A stretch of 64,000 bases of DNA, from NCBI RefSeq assembly GCF_964213995.1, contig NW_027590175.1:62001-126000 (forward strand), in the 5' to 3' direction. The notes under the pieces are model-generated. The model ran no database searches, was not told the origin of the DNA, and worked only from the letters and a program-made list of their open reading frames with translations. Position 1 is the stretch's first letter, and the number at the start of each line of letters is the position of its first letter. The DNA is from Mustelus asterias (taxonomy: Eukaryota). Position numbers and translations under genes: made by a program. This document shows positions 52,435 through 64,000 of the stretch, piece by piece.

Positions 52435-55400
52435 TCACAGGACCAGGCCCCCGCCCGTGTTCTCCACTCTCTGTGTGAAAGAAGAAGGTGGTAAGAATCG
52501 GAGTGGGAATAGCTTCTGTCGAGCCTGCTCCACTATTCATCATCAACCTCATCTCCACTTTCCCTGCAGTCTTCCCAATCCCTCAATTCCCAAAGATATC
52601 CCCACTTTCTGCACACTCCTCCCCATCCCATAATTCCCAAAGATATCCCCACTTTCCCTGCACTCCTCTCCATCCCTCAATTCCCAAAGATATCTCCACT
52701 TTCCGCACACTCCTCCCCATAGATATCCCCACTTTCCCCGCACTCCTCCCCATTCTTCAATTCCCAAAGACATCCCCACTTTCCCTGCACTCTTCCCCCA
52801 TCCCTCATTTGTTTTTGTTCATTTGTGGGACATGGGCGTCTCTGACTGGCCAGCATTTATTGCCCATCCCTAGTTGCCCGAGGGCTGTTGAGCATCAACC
52901 ACGTTGCTGTAGCTCTGGAGTCACATGTAGGCCAGACCAGGTAAGGGCGGCAGATTTCCTGTGGTTGACTCTCAACTGCCCTCCAAGAGCAACGAGGGAT
53001 GGACAATAAATGCTGACCAGCCAGTGGTGCCCATATCCCACGAATGAATAAAAAGAATTGGGCCCAATCTACTCAACCTCTCAGGCTCCACAGCCCTGAA
53101 TGGTTTCCTCTTCCTATTTTCCTGGCTCCCCCTCACATACAGAGTGCGGATCTCACCTGGGGCGGCTGGATGAATGCCAGCCAGTCAGAGGCGTGTGTGG
53201 GCAGCAGCCCCATTGCCTGGCACTTGTAGATGGCCAGGGCCAACCCCAGCAGGTTGCCGATGAAGTAGATGAGACGCTGCAGCCGGTGCTGATTCGAATT
53301 CCCCAGGACCCGAAAGACTGAGAGCGAGAATGGAAAAGCAGGAAATTCAGGAACATGTGAGAACCTTTCCTCATAACACAACACATCCATTTTAGGTATC
53401 AGTGTCTGGTAAACCGTCTCTGAACTGTCTCCAGCATACTTGCACACTTCCTTAAATAAGGTGACCAATACTGCACACAGTACTCCAGATGTGGTCTCAC
53501 TAGTGACCTGTACAACTGAAGCATAACCTCCCAAGTTCTGTATTTAATTCCCATCACAATGAATGATAACATTCTATTAGTTTTCCTAATTACTTGCTGT
53601 ACCTGCATATTAGACTTTTGTGATTTATGCACTCAGACACCCAGATCTTGATCAATTGTGCCAGTGGGCTGACGAATGGCAGATGGAGTTTAATTTAGAC
53701 AAATGCGAGGTGATGCATTTTGGTAGATTGAACCAGGGCAGGACTTACTCAGTTAATGGTAGGGCGTTGGGGAGAGTTACAGAACAAAGAGATCTGAGGG
53801 TACATGTTCATAGCTCCTTGAAAGTGGAGTCACAGGTGGACAGAGTGGTGAAGAAGGCATTCGGCATGCTTGGTTTCATTGGTCAGAACATTGAATACAG
53901 GAGTTCGAATGTCTTGTTGAAGTTGTACAAGACATTGGTAAGGCCACACTTGCAATACTGTGTGCAGTTCTGGTCACCCTATTATAGAAAGGATATTATT
54001 AAACTAGAAAGAGTGCAGAAAAGATTTACCAGGATGCTACCGGGACTTGATGGATTGAGTTAAAAGGAGAGGATAGATAGACTGGGACGTTTTTCTTTGG
54101 AGCGTAGGAGGCTGAGGTGTGATCTTATAGAGGTCTATAAAATAATGAGGGGGCACAGATCAACTAGACAGTCAATATCTTTTCCCAAAGGTAGGGGAGT
54201 CTAAAACTAGAGGGCATAGGTTTAAGGTGAGAGGGGAGAGATACAAAAGTGTCCAGAGAGGCAATTTTTTCACACAGAGGATGGTGAATGTCTGGAACAA
54301 GCTGCCAGAGGTAGTAGCAGAGGCAAGTACAATTTTGTCTTTAAAAAAGCATTTAGATAGTTACATGGGTACGATGGGTTTAGAGGGATATGGGCCAAAT
54401 GCGGGCAATTGGGATTAGGTTCGGGATTTTAAAAAAGGAAGGGCGGCATGGACAAGTTGGGCCGAAGGGCCTGTTTCTATGCTGTAAACCTCTATGACTC
54501 GATCCCTCTGAATCTCTGAGCTCTGCAATCTCTCAAAATTTAGACAAAATGCTTCTTTTTCATTCTTCCTGCCGAAATGGACAATTTCAAATTTGCCCAC
54601 ATTCTACTCCATTTGCCAGATATTTCCCCACTCACTTAACCTTTCTATCTTTCTGTACTCTCTGTATGTCCGCTTCACAACTTACTTTCCATCTATCTGT
54701 GTGTCATCGGCAAATTTGCCAAACATCCCTTCATCCAGTCATTCATATAAATTTGATTCCTTGCCCCAAATTTGATTCCTTGTCCACTATTTAGTTTAAA
54801 ACCGTCTCTATTTTCCTCATCATGGGGTTCGCAAGAACACCGGCCCCAGCACAGTTCAGGTGTTGACTGTCCCAACGGCACAGATCCCACTTTACCCAGT
54901 ACTGATGTCAGTGTCCCATGAACCAGAACCCACCTTCCACACCAGTTAGGGTGGCACAGTGGTTAGTACTGCTGCCGCACAACACCAGGGACTCGGTTCT
55001 ATACTGGCTTAGAATCCCTACAATTCAGAAGGAGGCCATTCAGCCCATCGCTTCTGCGCCGACCATAATCCCACCCCGGCCCTATCCCTGTAACACAACG
55101 TATTTACTCTGTTAGTCCCCCTGACACTATGGGACAACGAACCATAGCCAATCAATTTAACCCGCACATCTTTGAACTGTGGGAGGAAACCGGAGGACCC
55201 GGAGGAAACCCACGCAGACAGACAGAGAACATGAAAACTCCACACACACGGTCACTCGAGGCTGGAATTGAACCTGGGTCCCTGCCGCTGTGAGGCAGCA
55301 GTGCTAACCACTATGCCACCCCTTGGGTCACTATCTGTGCAGAGTTTGCACGTTCACCCTGTATCTGTGTGGGTTTTCTCCGGGTGCTCCGGTTTTCTCC

Positions 55401-57849
55401 CAGTCTGAAAGACGTGCTGGTTAGGTGCACTGGCCACGCTAAATTCTCCCTCAGTGTACCCGAACATGTACTGGAGTGTGGCGACTCGGGGATTCTCACA
55501 GTAACTTCATTGCAGTGTTAACGTAAGCCTACTTGTGACACTAATAAATAAACTTTAACGCAGCCTTTCAGTCACGCATTCATCCCTCCGATCTGATCTG
55601 TCCTATACCTATTAGCATGTGGCTCAGGTAATAATTCAGAGATTATAACCATTGAGGTTCTGCTTCTTAATTTAGTGCTTAGGTCCTCATATCGACACTG
55701 AAAATCTCCTTCTTTATCTCTGTTGTTTATACCTACATTGACGAGGACAACTGGAACCTTCCCCTCCCCACTGAAATTTCTTCTCCAGCCCTGATCAGAT
55801 GTCCTGAACCCCGGCCCCAGACAGGCACCACAGCTGCCTTGATTCACATTCTTTACTGCAGAGAATGTGCCAATCCCTCTCACTATACTGTCCCCCATTA
55901 TCACTGCATTCCTTTTTGCTCCCCTCACTAGAATGGCTTCCTGTACCACAGTGCCATGGGTAATTGGTTCATCCATCCTGCAGCTCCCATTCATCCAAAC
56001 AAGCTGAAAATACCTCAAACTGGCTGGACAATGTTAAAGGCTAAGGCTCCTGTCTGTGAGTTCCCTTATCTGTCTCACTCTCCTGTTCCTGACCACTGAC
56101 CAAATCAGCAGACCCTGTGCCAAGAAGTGTGACTGCTCCCTGATACAAAGAATCCAGGTAACTTTCCCCCTCCCTGATGCATTGCAGTGTCTGTAGTTCA
56201 GCCTCCAGCTCATAAACTCTGAACCAGAGCTGCTTGAACTTCACTTACTGCAGACATGGTTGCCCTGGATCAAACTGACAGCCAGGAGCTCCCACATGCT
56301 GCAGCTGTGACACATCTTTAATGTGTGCGAATAAACTGTTTAATTATTTTACCTAATTACATATTTTATTTTTGTTTTCAAGTATTTTAGTTTTTAAGTA
56401 TTTTATTAACCTTACCACCAGTTGCTGTACTTTTTTAATCCTTAAGAATAGAATAAACCGTAGTCACTTCGCAGATCCTCACCAAAAATCTAGCTTCTTC
56501 TCCTGTCGAAGAGTAAGATCACTTCCTGACGGCTGAGAAAGTTAGAAAGCAAAACAGCACCTCTTTCCCTTTCTTCTCTAACTCCCTTAATTACCCAACT
56601 CCCAGAACTCTATTCTAAGCTACATTCAAGTGATGCCGGTTCAGAGCTGTTTCTGAGCTGCAGATTCGATACAATACTCACTTGCAGACATGGACATCAA
56701 GGCCTGTATGGGTCTCCAGGCCATCATGCACACCATCATGATAGGGAGGATGGAGATGGTGTTGCCAGCCATGTACATGATGAACAGATTCATGGGCAGC
56801 TGTTTCAATGGGCCCAAGGCAATGTCCCAGCAGCGCTGAAAACAGAAAGTGAGCAGGGTATCAGTAAAGGGGGCCGGTTAGGGGAGGCCATATACTGATC
56901 TTATACCCAGGCCTTGAAGTAAGCATGATGATTAACCCTTTATCACACAGGCTGCTGTGGTTCACCAAGGTACTTCACCACTGTGGACAAACCAGGGGCG
57001 TTGTCAGTCACACACTAAAGACACATTCAAATCCAACTTACTTTCTCAACCAGGATCCAGTCTGTTTCTTGGACACAGATGTCTGGCAGCTGTTTGTCCG
57101 AATATGCGACTGGGCATATGGAGTCTCTCTGGCCACACTGTTGATCACGGCTCCTGTGAGAAACAGAAAACACAAATTGGTCACCCTTTCAAGACCTTCT
57201 TTAAAGAGGGAGTCTCTCTGTTGAGGACCCCAACGTGGTGGCAATAGTGCCAGCACGAACTAAAGCTTGGGCAAACCTCGGACACACACTGCCGTTGTGT
57301 CCACTGAACTGCCAGGGGAATGGAGAGATGCAGAAGTGGATTAGTGTCAATTGATAATCAGGGTGCCAATCCACTTGCCCTCCATTTAGGGACAAAGTGA
57401 CAAATCACCAGATGTACCAAATTGTATCTTGAAAACAAACACTGCGGGACATTGAGAGAGATCCAGTTCAGCACCCGGCCCTGGAAACGAGCAATCGTTC
57501 CTCCAACCACCACCGCAGTTGGCACCTGATCAGGTGGAGGGGCTGAAACCAAAAGGGCATCTCAGGGTCATGACCTGGGGGATTTGAGGGGCTGCTTTGT
57601 GCTGAGGAGCTCGGTGAGGGGTAAAAGAGGCGTGAAAAACCCGGGGTTGGGAAGTTTTGGGTTGGTGCCACATCCCCGGGTCAGTGTGCGGTGGCCTCCC
57701 CTCAGGAGAGACGGGCTGACCCGGCTTGCCTCCTTCTCGAGCCCCCGGCTTCCCGCGCGGCCTCCGCACCTGCTGCTGCCGCTCAAGTTAAGCTCGAGGG
57801 TCCACTTGTGCCAGCGCGCGCCGTGGACAAGCCCCGCCCCTGCCGCCAT
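52435..57849 (-). CDS. EMC4: ER membrane protein complex subunit 4; exons 57849-57770, 57153-57042, 56835-56682, 53317-53157, 52470-52435; 180 aa
   Basis: All introns GT-AG with matching phases (80+112+154+161+36 = 543 nt); translation includes [29 protein letters not shown] and [19 protein letters not shown], ending GGGLVL*. Confidence 0.95.
52550..52805. repeat. Imperfect ~40-46 bp pyrimidine-rich tandem repeat in EMC4 intron 4
   Basis: Recurrent aattcccaaagatatccccactttcc. Confidence 0.8.
53645..54498 (+). mobile_element. CR1 3' fragment nested in an older minus-strand CR1 (53370-53645, 54500-54750)
   Basis: [19 protein letters not shown] motifs; tail gggccgaagggcctgtt. Confidence 0.85.
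55010..55557. mobile_element. Back-to-back V-SINEs: HE1 minus 55010-55322 (tail A) and plus 55322-55557 (tail B)
   Basis: Motifs in opposite orientation. Confidence 0.85.
55560..56320 (-). mobile_element. CR1 ORF1 (esterase-type) relic
   Basis: ELEAELQTL zipper, [21 protein letters not shown]. Confidence 0.75.
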
Positions 57850-58040
57850 GACAACGCCGCCGACCGTTAACCGTCCCCCGCTTTCAAATCTGATTCAGAT
57901 CAAGAGAAGAAGCCGCACACTTCCGTCAACAAAACGCTCCCGCTGCAATGCGCGCATGTGCGATCCCAACCGCCTCAGCGTTCTGCGTGCACCGCCCTGC
58001 GTGCACCGCCCAAAGCCCCGCCCCCACATCGTCGTCATCT
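57600..58040 (-). promoter_or_regulatory. EMC4 CpG-island promoter
   Basis: CpG-rich, GC boxes, NRF1-like gcgcatgtgc, ETS cggaagt on minus strand. Confidence 0.7.
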
Positions 58041-58250
58041 TTGTTAGGGGCACATCTGTTCCGACTCTTCACCTTCTGGCCAAATGGAGCACGTTTGCCC
58101 CGCACAAAGATGGACATCACTTAATGTCAGAGATATTTGCAATATTGAGTCCAGATGACCCTTTGTCAAAGCAAAAAGACATAGAAAGTGGAAGATATTT
58201 ATACTGCAGGGTGAGGGAATGAAACCAGGGGAAAATACTGCTCATGGTTG

Positions 58251-58890
58251 TGATGCGCGATATATCACACGGGAGGCAAGATGTACTCGGGAAATAAAGG
58301 CTTTTATTGCCAACAATAACAGAGCTACGGGGCGGCACGGTAGCACAGTGGTTAGCACTGCTGCTTCACAGCTCCAGGGTCCCAGGTTCGATTCCCGGCT
58401 CGGGTCACTGTCTGTGTGGAGTTTGCACATTCTCCTCGTGTCTGCGTGGGTTTCCTCCGGGTGCTCCGGTTTCCTCCCACAGTCCAAAGATGTGCGGGTT
58501 AGGTTGATTGGCCAGGTTAAAAATTGCCCCTTAGAGTCCTGAGATGCGTAGGTTAGAGGGATTAGCGGGTAAATGTGTGGGGGTAGGGCCTGGGTGGGAT
58601 TGTGGTCGGTGCAGACTCGATGGGCCGAATGGCCTCCTTCTGCACTGTAGGGTTTCTATGATTTCTTCTATGATATACAATATACAATCCCAGACTAAAG
58701 GGCCACCAGGCAGAGCAGTGACCTTTATACCTCTCCCAGGAGGCGGAGCCAACTGGTGTGTACCATAGGACTATATTAACAGGTAGAACAGCCCAACCCT
58801 AACCCCAACAGTAACATATCTACAGACTCATAGTACTGGCCAGACCCTGGCTCAGCACTACCTGGTGGCAACCAACAATGGTTCACCACA
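58251..58890 (-). mobile_element. Solo LTR interrupted by an HE1 SINE
   Basis: TG...CA ends, ggttg TSD at 58246-58250 and 58891-58895, TATAAA and AATAAA on minus strand. Confidence 0.7.
58329..58670 (+). mobile_element. Young full-length HE1 SINE
   Basis: Nearly identical to 62096-62430. Confidence 0.92.
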
Positions 58891-59816
58891 GGTTGTCCAC
58901 ATTCTCTCTGTGGACAGCCATTACAGCACCAGGGACTCAGGTTTGTTTCTCGGCTTGGGGTGACTGTGCGGAGTCCGCACGTTCTCCAGGTGCTCCTGTT
59001 TCCTCCCACACATCATCTTTTTCTTCTCATGAAAATCCAGTATTTCCGATCGCTCTGAATAAATTTTGAGGTTCAAGTCAGAGCGAATAAATAAAAGCAA
59101 AAAACTGTGGATGCGAGAATCTGAAACAAAAACTGATAATGAACCCCTGTTCATTATTCAACATTTAACATCAATACATTTATTTATTATGCATCTCCTC
59201 ATTCTGAATTGAATATCTCTGACATATGCAGCATTGAATTGCAACTATAACTGGCCAACAAAACAGATCGAGTCACTGGTTAATGCACTTCCCATGATGC
59301 TTATTTGAGATTGACCATAGTCAGTTTATCAACAAAATCAAATATGTTTAATGGGAAGAGATTTAAGAATGATCAGTTAGTTTATTCTGGGTGTGAAATA
59401 TGCTGGCGCCTAAATCCCATTCATCTATCGGAAAGTCCAGTAGATCTGCAGTGAGCCTCGATTCCCTCAACAGCATGAATGGTTTTCCCTATATTATTAT
59501 GAAAACGATTTTAAAAAGATGTTTCTGTGCAATGTGCACCACTTCCTCTAGTTCAGTTACAGTATCACTTGTGTCTGTCTTTATGAGCACACACTACTAT
59601 TCGACATGTTTCATGGATTGAACAAGTTGCTAATATATGCACGGTGTCAAAATACAAACATTTCTTTCCTGCAACGACATCTTAAAATGCACCATTTCTG
59701 ATTTTCCTGAAAGCATTTGAGACCGAAGTCAAAACAAAGATAACATGGCGACAACATCGAGAATTGGATAATGTTCAGCAAATAACCAAAATCATGCATA
59801 CTTCCTGAAATGATAA

Positions 59817-59889
59817 AGTTTCTGTCTGGTTTTGAACCAGGGACTTCTTACGTGTTAGGCAAACATGATAGCCACTACACTACAGAAAC
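59817..59889 (-). pseudogene. tRNA-Val(AAC) pseudogene
   Basis: 73 nt homolog with mismatched stems and T-loop change. Confidence 0.75.
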
Positions 59890-59974
59890 TACCAGCAGTT
59901 AGGCGCAGCCAATCGACCTGTCTGCAAGGTTCAACTCTGCTGTGTTGCTGCAGGTTCTCATGGTTTGACTATCC

Positions 59975-61262
59975 ACCAGTATCTATTACAAGCCCACCAA
60001 CTCCCACAACTATCTTGACTGCAGCTCTTCACACCCCACATCCTGAAAGGACTCCATCCCATTCTCTTCATTCTTTCACCTCCGCTGCATCTGTTCTGAT
60101 CTTACCACTTTCCTAAATAGCGTTGCAGATATGTCTTTCTTCTTCACCAGTTGTGGTTTTCCACCCACTGTTGTTGACAGGGCTCTTGCCCCTGTCCACC
60201 CATCCCCCGAGCCACTGCTCTCACTCCCTCCCCTTCCTCTCAGAACCAGGACAAGGTTCCCCTTGTCTTCACTTTTCACCCAACCAGCCTCCGCATTCAA
60301 AGGATCATCTGCTGCCATTGCTGCCAATTCCAGCATGATGCCACTACCCAACACATCTTCCCCTCAGCCCCCCGCCCACTTCCCAGCATTCCACAAGGAT
60401 CGTTCTCTCTGGGATACCCTGGTTCATGCCTCCATCCAACCAACATCCTATCCTCTACCCATGGCACCTTCCCATGCCATCGTAGAAGGTGCAACACCTG
60501 CCGCTTTATCTCCTCCCTATTCACTTCCCGGGTTCTAAACACCCCTTTCAAGTGAGGCAGCGCTTCACATGCACCTTCTTCAACCTGGTCTATTCAATTC
60601 GCTGCTGCCAATCCAGTCTACTCTACATCGGAGAGACCAAACACAAATTGGGTGACCACTTTGTTGAAAACCTTCAGTCCATCTGCAAGCAGGACCCAGA
60701 CCTTCCTGTCACTTGCCCCTTCAAAACACCACCCTGCTCTCCTGCCCACATGTCCGTCCTTGGCCTTTTCCAATGTTCTCGTGAACCCCAATGCAAATTG
60801 GAGGAACAGAACCTCATCTTCCGATTGGGCACTTTACAGCCTTCCAGACTGAATATTGAGTTCAACAACTTCAGACCATGATTCTCCCCTCCACCTTCAC
60901 CCCATTTCCATTTATTTTATTTCATTTTGTTTCTTCTTTTCATCTCATTCATCCATTTTATCATATTTCTTTCTCACTTCCATTTTTCAACTTCTTCATC
61001 CCTGCTCTCCTTCTCGCCCACACCCGCCCCCTCCCCCCCACCAACTCCCCCTCCCCCCCTCCATTCAGGGCAAACCATCTGTACCTCTGCTCTACCATTC
61101 TGATTAACACTTTTCACACCTCTCTCAGCCTTCTGCATTCTCCTTTTCATTCCCCTTGTCCAATTACAGCACCCCCCCCTTCCACCCTCATAATATAAAT
61201 CTTGTCTGATTTTCTTTGCCCTTAGCTCTGATGAAGGGTCATCCAAACTCGAAACGTTGGCG
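59975..61262 (+). mobile_element. Penelope-like element 3' part (RT C-term, GIY-YIG endonuclease, pLTR with hammerhead motif)
   Basis: IYYKPTNSHNYLD; LVYSIRCCQSSLLYIGET; ctgatgaagggtcatccaaactcgaaacgtt. Confidence 0.85.
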
Positions 61263-61865
61263 AGTTACTCAATATTTGTTTCGTTTTCAATATTAAATAT
61301 GAATCCATGTATTTAATACATACATCTTCATTCTGAGTTGAATATCTCGGGAATATGCAACATTGCATTGCAAACATTACTGACCAATAAAAGAAATCGA
61401 GTTACTGGGTAATACACATTCCATGGTGCTTATTTGAGACCGTCAGCTTTTAAACAATATCAAACATCCTAAAAGGGAAAAGATTTAATAATGATTTGCT
61501 AGTTATACTTGATCCCTCTTTATTCTGCATGTGAAACATTCTGGCGCCTAAATCCCGCTCATCTATAGAAAAGTCCAGCAGATCTACACTGAGTTTCGAT
61601 TTACTCATCTCCCTGAGTGATTTTTCCCCATTTCTTTATAATGAAGAACAATTTTTAAAATATGCTTCCGGGAAATGTGCGCCATTTCCTCTCGTTCAGT
61701 TACAGTTTCACTTGTGTCTGTCTTTATGAGCACACACGACTATGACACATGTTTCAGATGATGATTAACTATGTTCGTCTGCACTTGTAAAACCATTATA
61801 TTCTGTTATGGACTGAACAAGTTGCTAATATGCGCACAGTGTCAAAATACACACATTTATTTCCT

Positions 61866-62430
61866 AACCTAACCGCACATCTTTGGACTGTGGGAGGAAA
61901 CCGGAGCACCCGGAGGAAACCCACGCAGACACGAGGAGAATGTGCAAACTCCACACAGACAGTGACCCGAGCCGGGAATCGAACCCAGGACCCTGGAGCT
62001 GTGAAGCAGCAGTGCTAACCACTGTGCTACCGTGCCGCGGGGCACACTACAGAACGTGATAACCACTACACTACAGAAACAACTGATAGCATAGCGGGGC
62101 GGCACGGTAGCACAGTGGTTAGCACTGCTGCTTCACAGCTCCAGGGTCCTGGGTTCAATTCCCGGCTCGGGTCACTGTCTGTGTGGAGTTTGCACATTCT
62201 CCTCGTGTCTGCGTGGGTTTCCTCCGGGTGCTCCGGTTTCCTCCCACAGTCCAAAGATGTGCGGGTTAGGTTGATTGGCCAGGTTAAAAATTGCCCCTTA
62301 GAGTCCTGAGATGCGTAGGTTGGAGGGATTAGCGGGTAAATATGTGGGGGTAGGGCCTGGGTGGGATTGTGGTCGGTGCAGACTCGATGGGCCGAATGGC
62401 CTCCTTCTGCACTGTAGGGATTCTATGATT
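61866..62430. mobile_element. Composite HE1 insertion: inverted 5' half (61866-62038), tRNA-Val fragment, full HE1 (+, 62096-62430)
   Basis: Direct reading; atttcct on both sides. Confidence 0.85.
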
Positions 62431-62592
62431 TCCTCATTGCGTCTTAAAACACAGCATTTCTGATTTTGCTGAAAGCATTTGTGGCCGAGTTCAGAGCAAA
62501 GACAACATGATTACAACATGGAGAATCGGACAATGTTCAGCAACAACTACCATGCAAAACTTCCCTCACGCTAAATGAAGAACTATAATTAA

Positions 62593-62665
62593 TGTTTCTG
62601 CCCGGTTTCGAACCGGGGACTTTTCGCGTGTGAGGCGAACGTGATAACCACTACACTACAGAAAC
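62593..62665 (-). tRNA. tRNA-Val(CAC)
   Basis: GTTTCTGTAGTGTAGTGGTTATCACGTTCGCCTCACACGCGAAAAGTCCCCGGTTCGAAACCGGGCAGAAACA; acceptor, anticodon and T stems pair; intact A and B boxes. Confidence 0.93.
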
Positions 62666-63666
62666 AACTGATAGCATAGCGCCGCCAATTGGCCTGGCCA
62701 CAATGTTCAACTCGACTGTGTTGCTGCAGGTTTGAATGGTTATACTGAGAGCCCATGTCACTCAATACAAGACAAAAACCGTTTCTTTCAACCTGATTTC
62801 TCAACTTATCTTGAACTTCAACCTTTAAAAGCGGTCATCCGGCAAATATCTAAGGGAGCAATGATTTCTGCTCAATCATTAATGCATCATTCTCATTTTC
62901 CTTCGAATAATTTCAACCAGTTCTACCCAGTATTTTTTCGTTGTTCAATGTTTAATATTAATATATTATTATTAATTACATATCTCCTCATTCTGAATGA
63001 AATATCTCCGAAGTAGACAATATTGAATTGCAAACATGAATCGAGTCACATGTCACGGTGCTTAATTGAGATTGACCACAATCAGCTTTTAAACAAAATC
63101 AAATATCTTTCAAGGGAATAGATTTAAGAATGACTTGTTAGTTATACTTGATCCCTCTTTATTCTGTGTGTGAAACACTCAGACGTCTAAATTCCACTCA
63201 GCTGCAGGAAAGTCCAGTAGATCCGCACTAATTCTCGATTTCCTCAACTGTCTGAGTGGTTTTCCCTATTTCTTTACTCTGAAGAACGATGTTAAAATAA
63301 TGGTTCCGCGCAATGTGCGTCATTTCCTCTAGTTCAGTTACAGTTTCACTTGTGTCTGCCTTTTTGAGCACACAATACTATTAGACATGGTTCAGATGAT
63401 GATTCACTTTGTTAGTCTGCATCAACAAAGCCATTAAATTCTGTTGTGGACTGAATGAGTTGCTGATATGTCCACGGTGTCAAAACAGGAACATCTATTT
63501 CCTCTCATTGCATCATAAAAATACAAGATCTCTGATTTTGCTGAAAGATTTTGAGGCCGAGGTCAGAGCAAAAATAACATGGCTTTAATATTGAGTTTCG
63601 GATAATGTTCAGCAATAAATTTCAATCATGTAAACTTGCCTCACCTTAACGAACAAATTTTAATAA

Positions 63667-63739
63667 TATTTCGGCATGGTTTTGAACGAGGGATTTTCCG
63701 TGTGTGAGGCGAATGCAACCACCATTACACTACAGAAAC
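63667..63739 (-). pseudogene. tRNA-Val(CAC) pseudogene
   Basis: 73 nt homolog with broken D and T arms. Confidence 0.75.
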
Positions 63740-64000
63740 TGCTGGCGTCCGTAGGACCCAATGGGACTCTCTGGAAATGTTGCAACACTCGTTGGGACTG
63801 CTGTAGACATATTGATCCAAGAATGACTTTGATTTGATTTGATTTATTATTGTCACATGTATTAACGTACAGTGAAAAGTATTGTTTCTTGCGCGCTATA
63901 CAGACAAAACATACCGTTCATAGAGAAGGAAGTGAGAGTGTGCACTTTGCATTGTCACAGTCATAGCTAGGGTATAGAGAAAGATCAACTTAACGCAAGG

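Larger units (their letters stand above)
59150..63800 (-). repeat. Tandem array of three ~0.8-1.1 kb tRNA-Val-bearing units
   Basis: Shared blocks (attctgaattgaatatctc; gttcagttacagtttcacttgtgtctg; gataatgttcagca) recur in units starting ~59190, ~61325, ~62985. Confidence 0.85.

Noticed and set aside
58329-58400. HE1 and family-2 SINE heads as tRNA genes
   Set aside because: A and B boxes are present but there is no complete cloverleaf, and they continue into SINE bodies

Overview
Eukaryotic, repeat-rich vertebrate DNA, most likely an elasmobranch (shark), judged from abundant HE1/V-SINEs and HER1/CR1 LINEs. Positions 1-48 kb hold a tandem cluster of apparently KRAB-less C2H2 zinc-finger genes and pseudogenes (four long intact ORFs and several disrupted copies). 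Most copies follow one plan: CpG-rich NRF1/YY1/CCAAT promoter, intron, conserved acceptor, a leader of decayed fingers, then a single coding exon. A complete five-exon EMC4 gene, seen only as fragments in the ORF track, lies on the minus strand (52435-57849). It is followed by a tandem array of ~1 kb units carrying tRNA-Val genes (one intact). Transposons include a near full-length CR1, many CR1/L2/Rex1 fragments, a Copia-order LTR relic, a solo LTR, a MITE and Penelope-like pieces with hammerhead-ribozyme motifs. There is also a 2.6 kb 34-38 bp minisatellite. Most notable observations: a U_UUA_AAC slippery site in the correct -1 phase at the CR1 ORF1/ORF2 junction; a stop at the same site in five ZNF paralogs, exactly 39 nt before the ATG in the four that keep it; a C-terminal tail switched on or off by CGA/TGA; a homogenised PRDM9-style finger array; and a SINE insertion that captured part of the neighbouring tRNA gene. 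All calls were made by eye, with no database searches.
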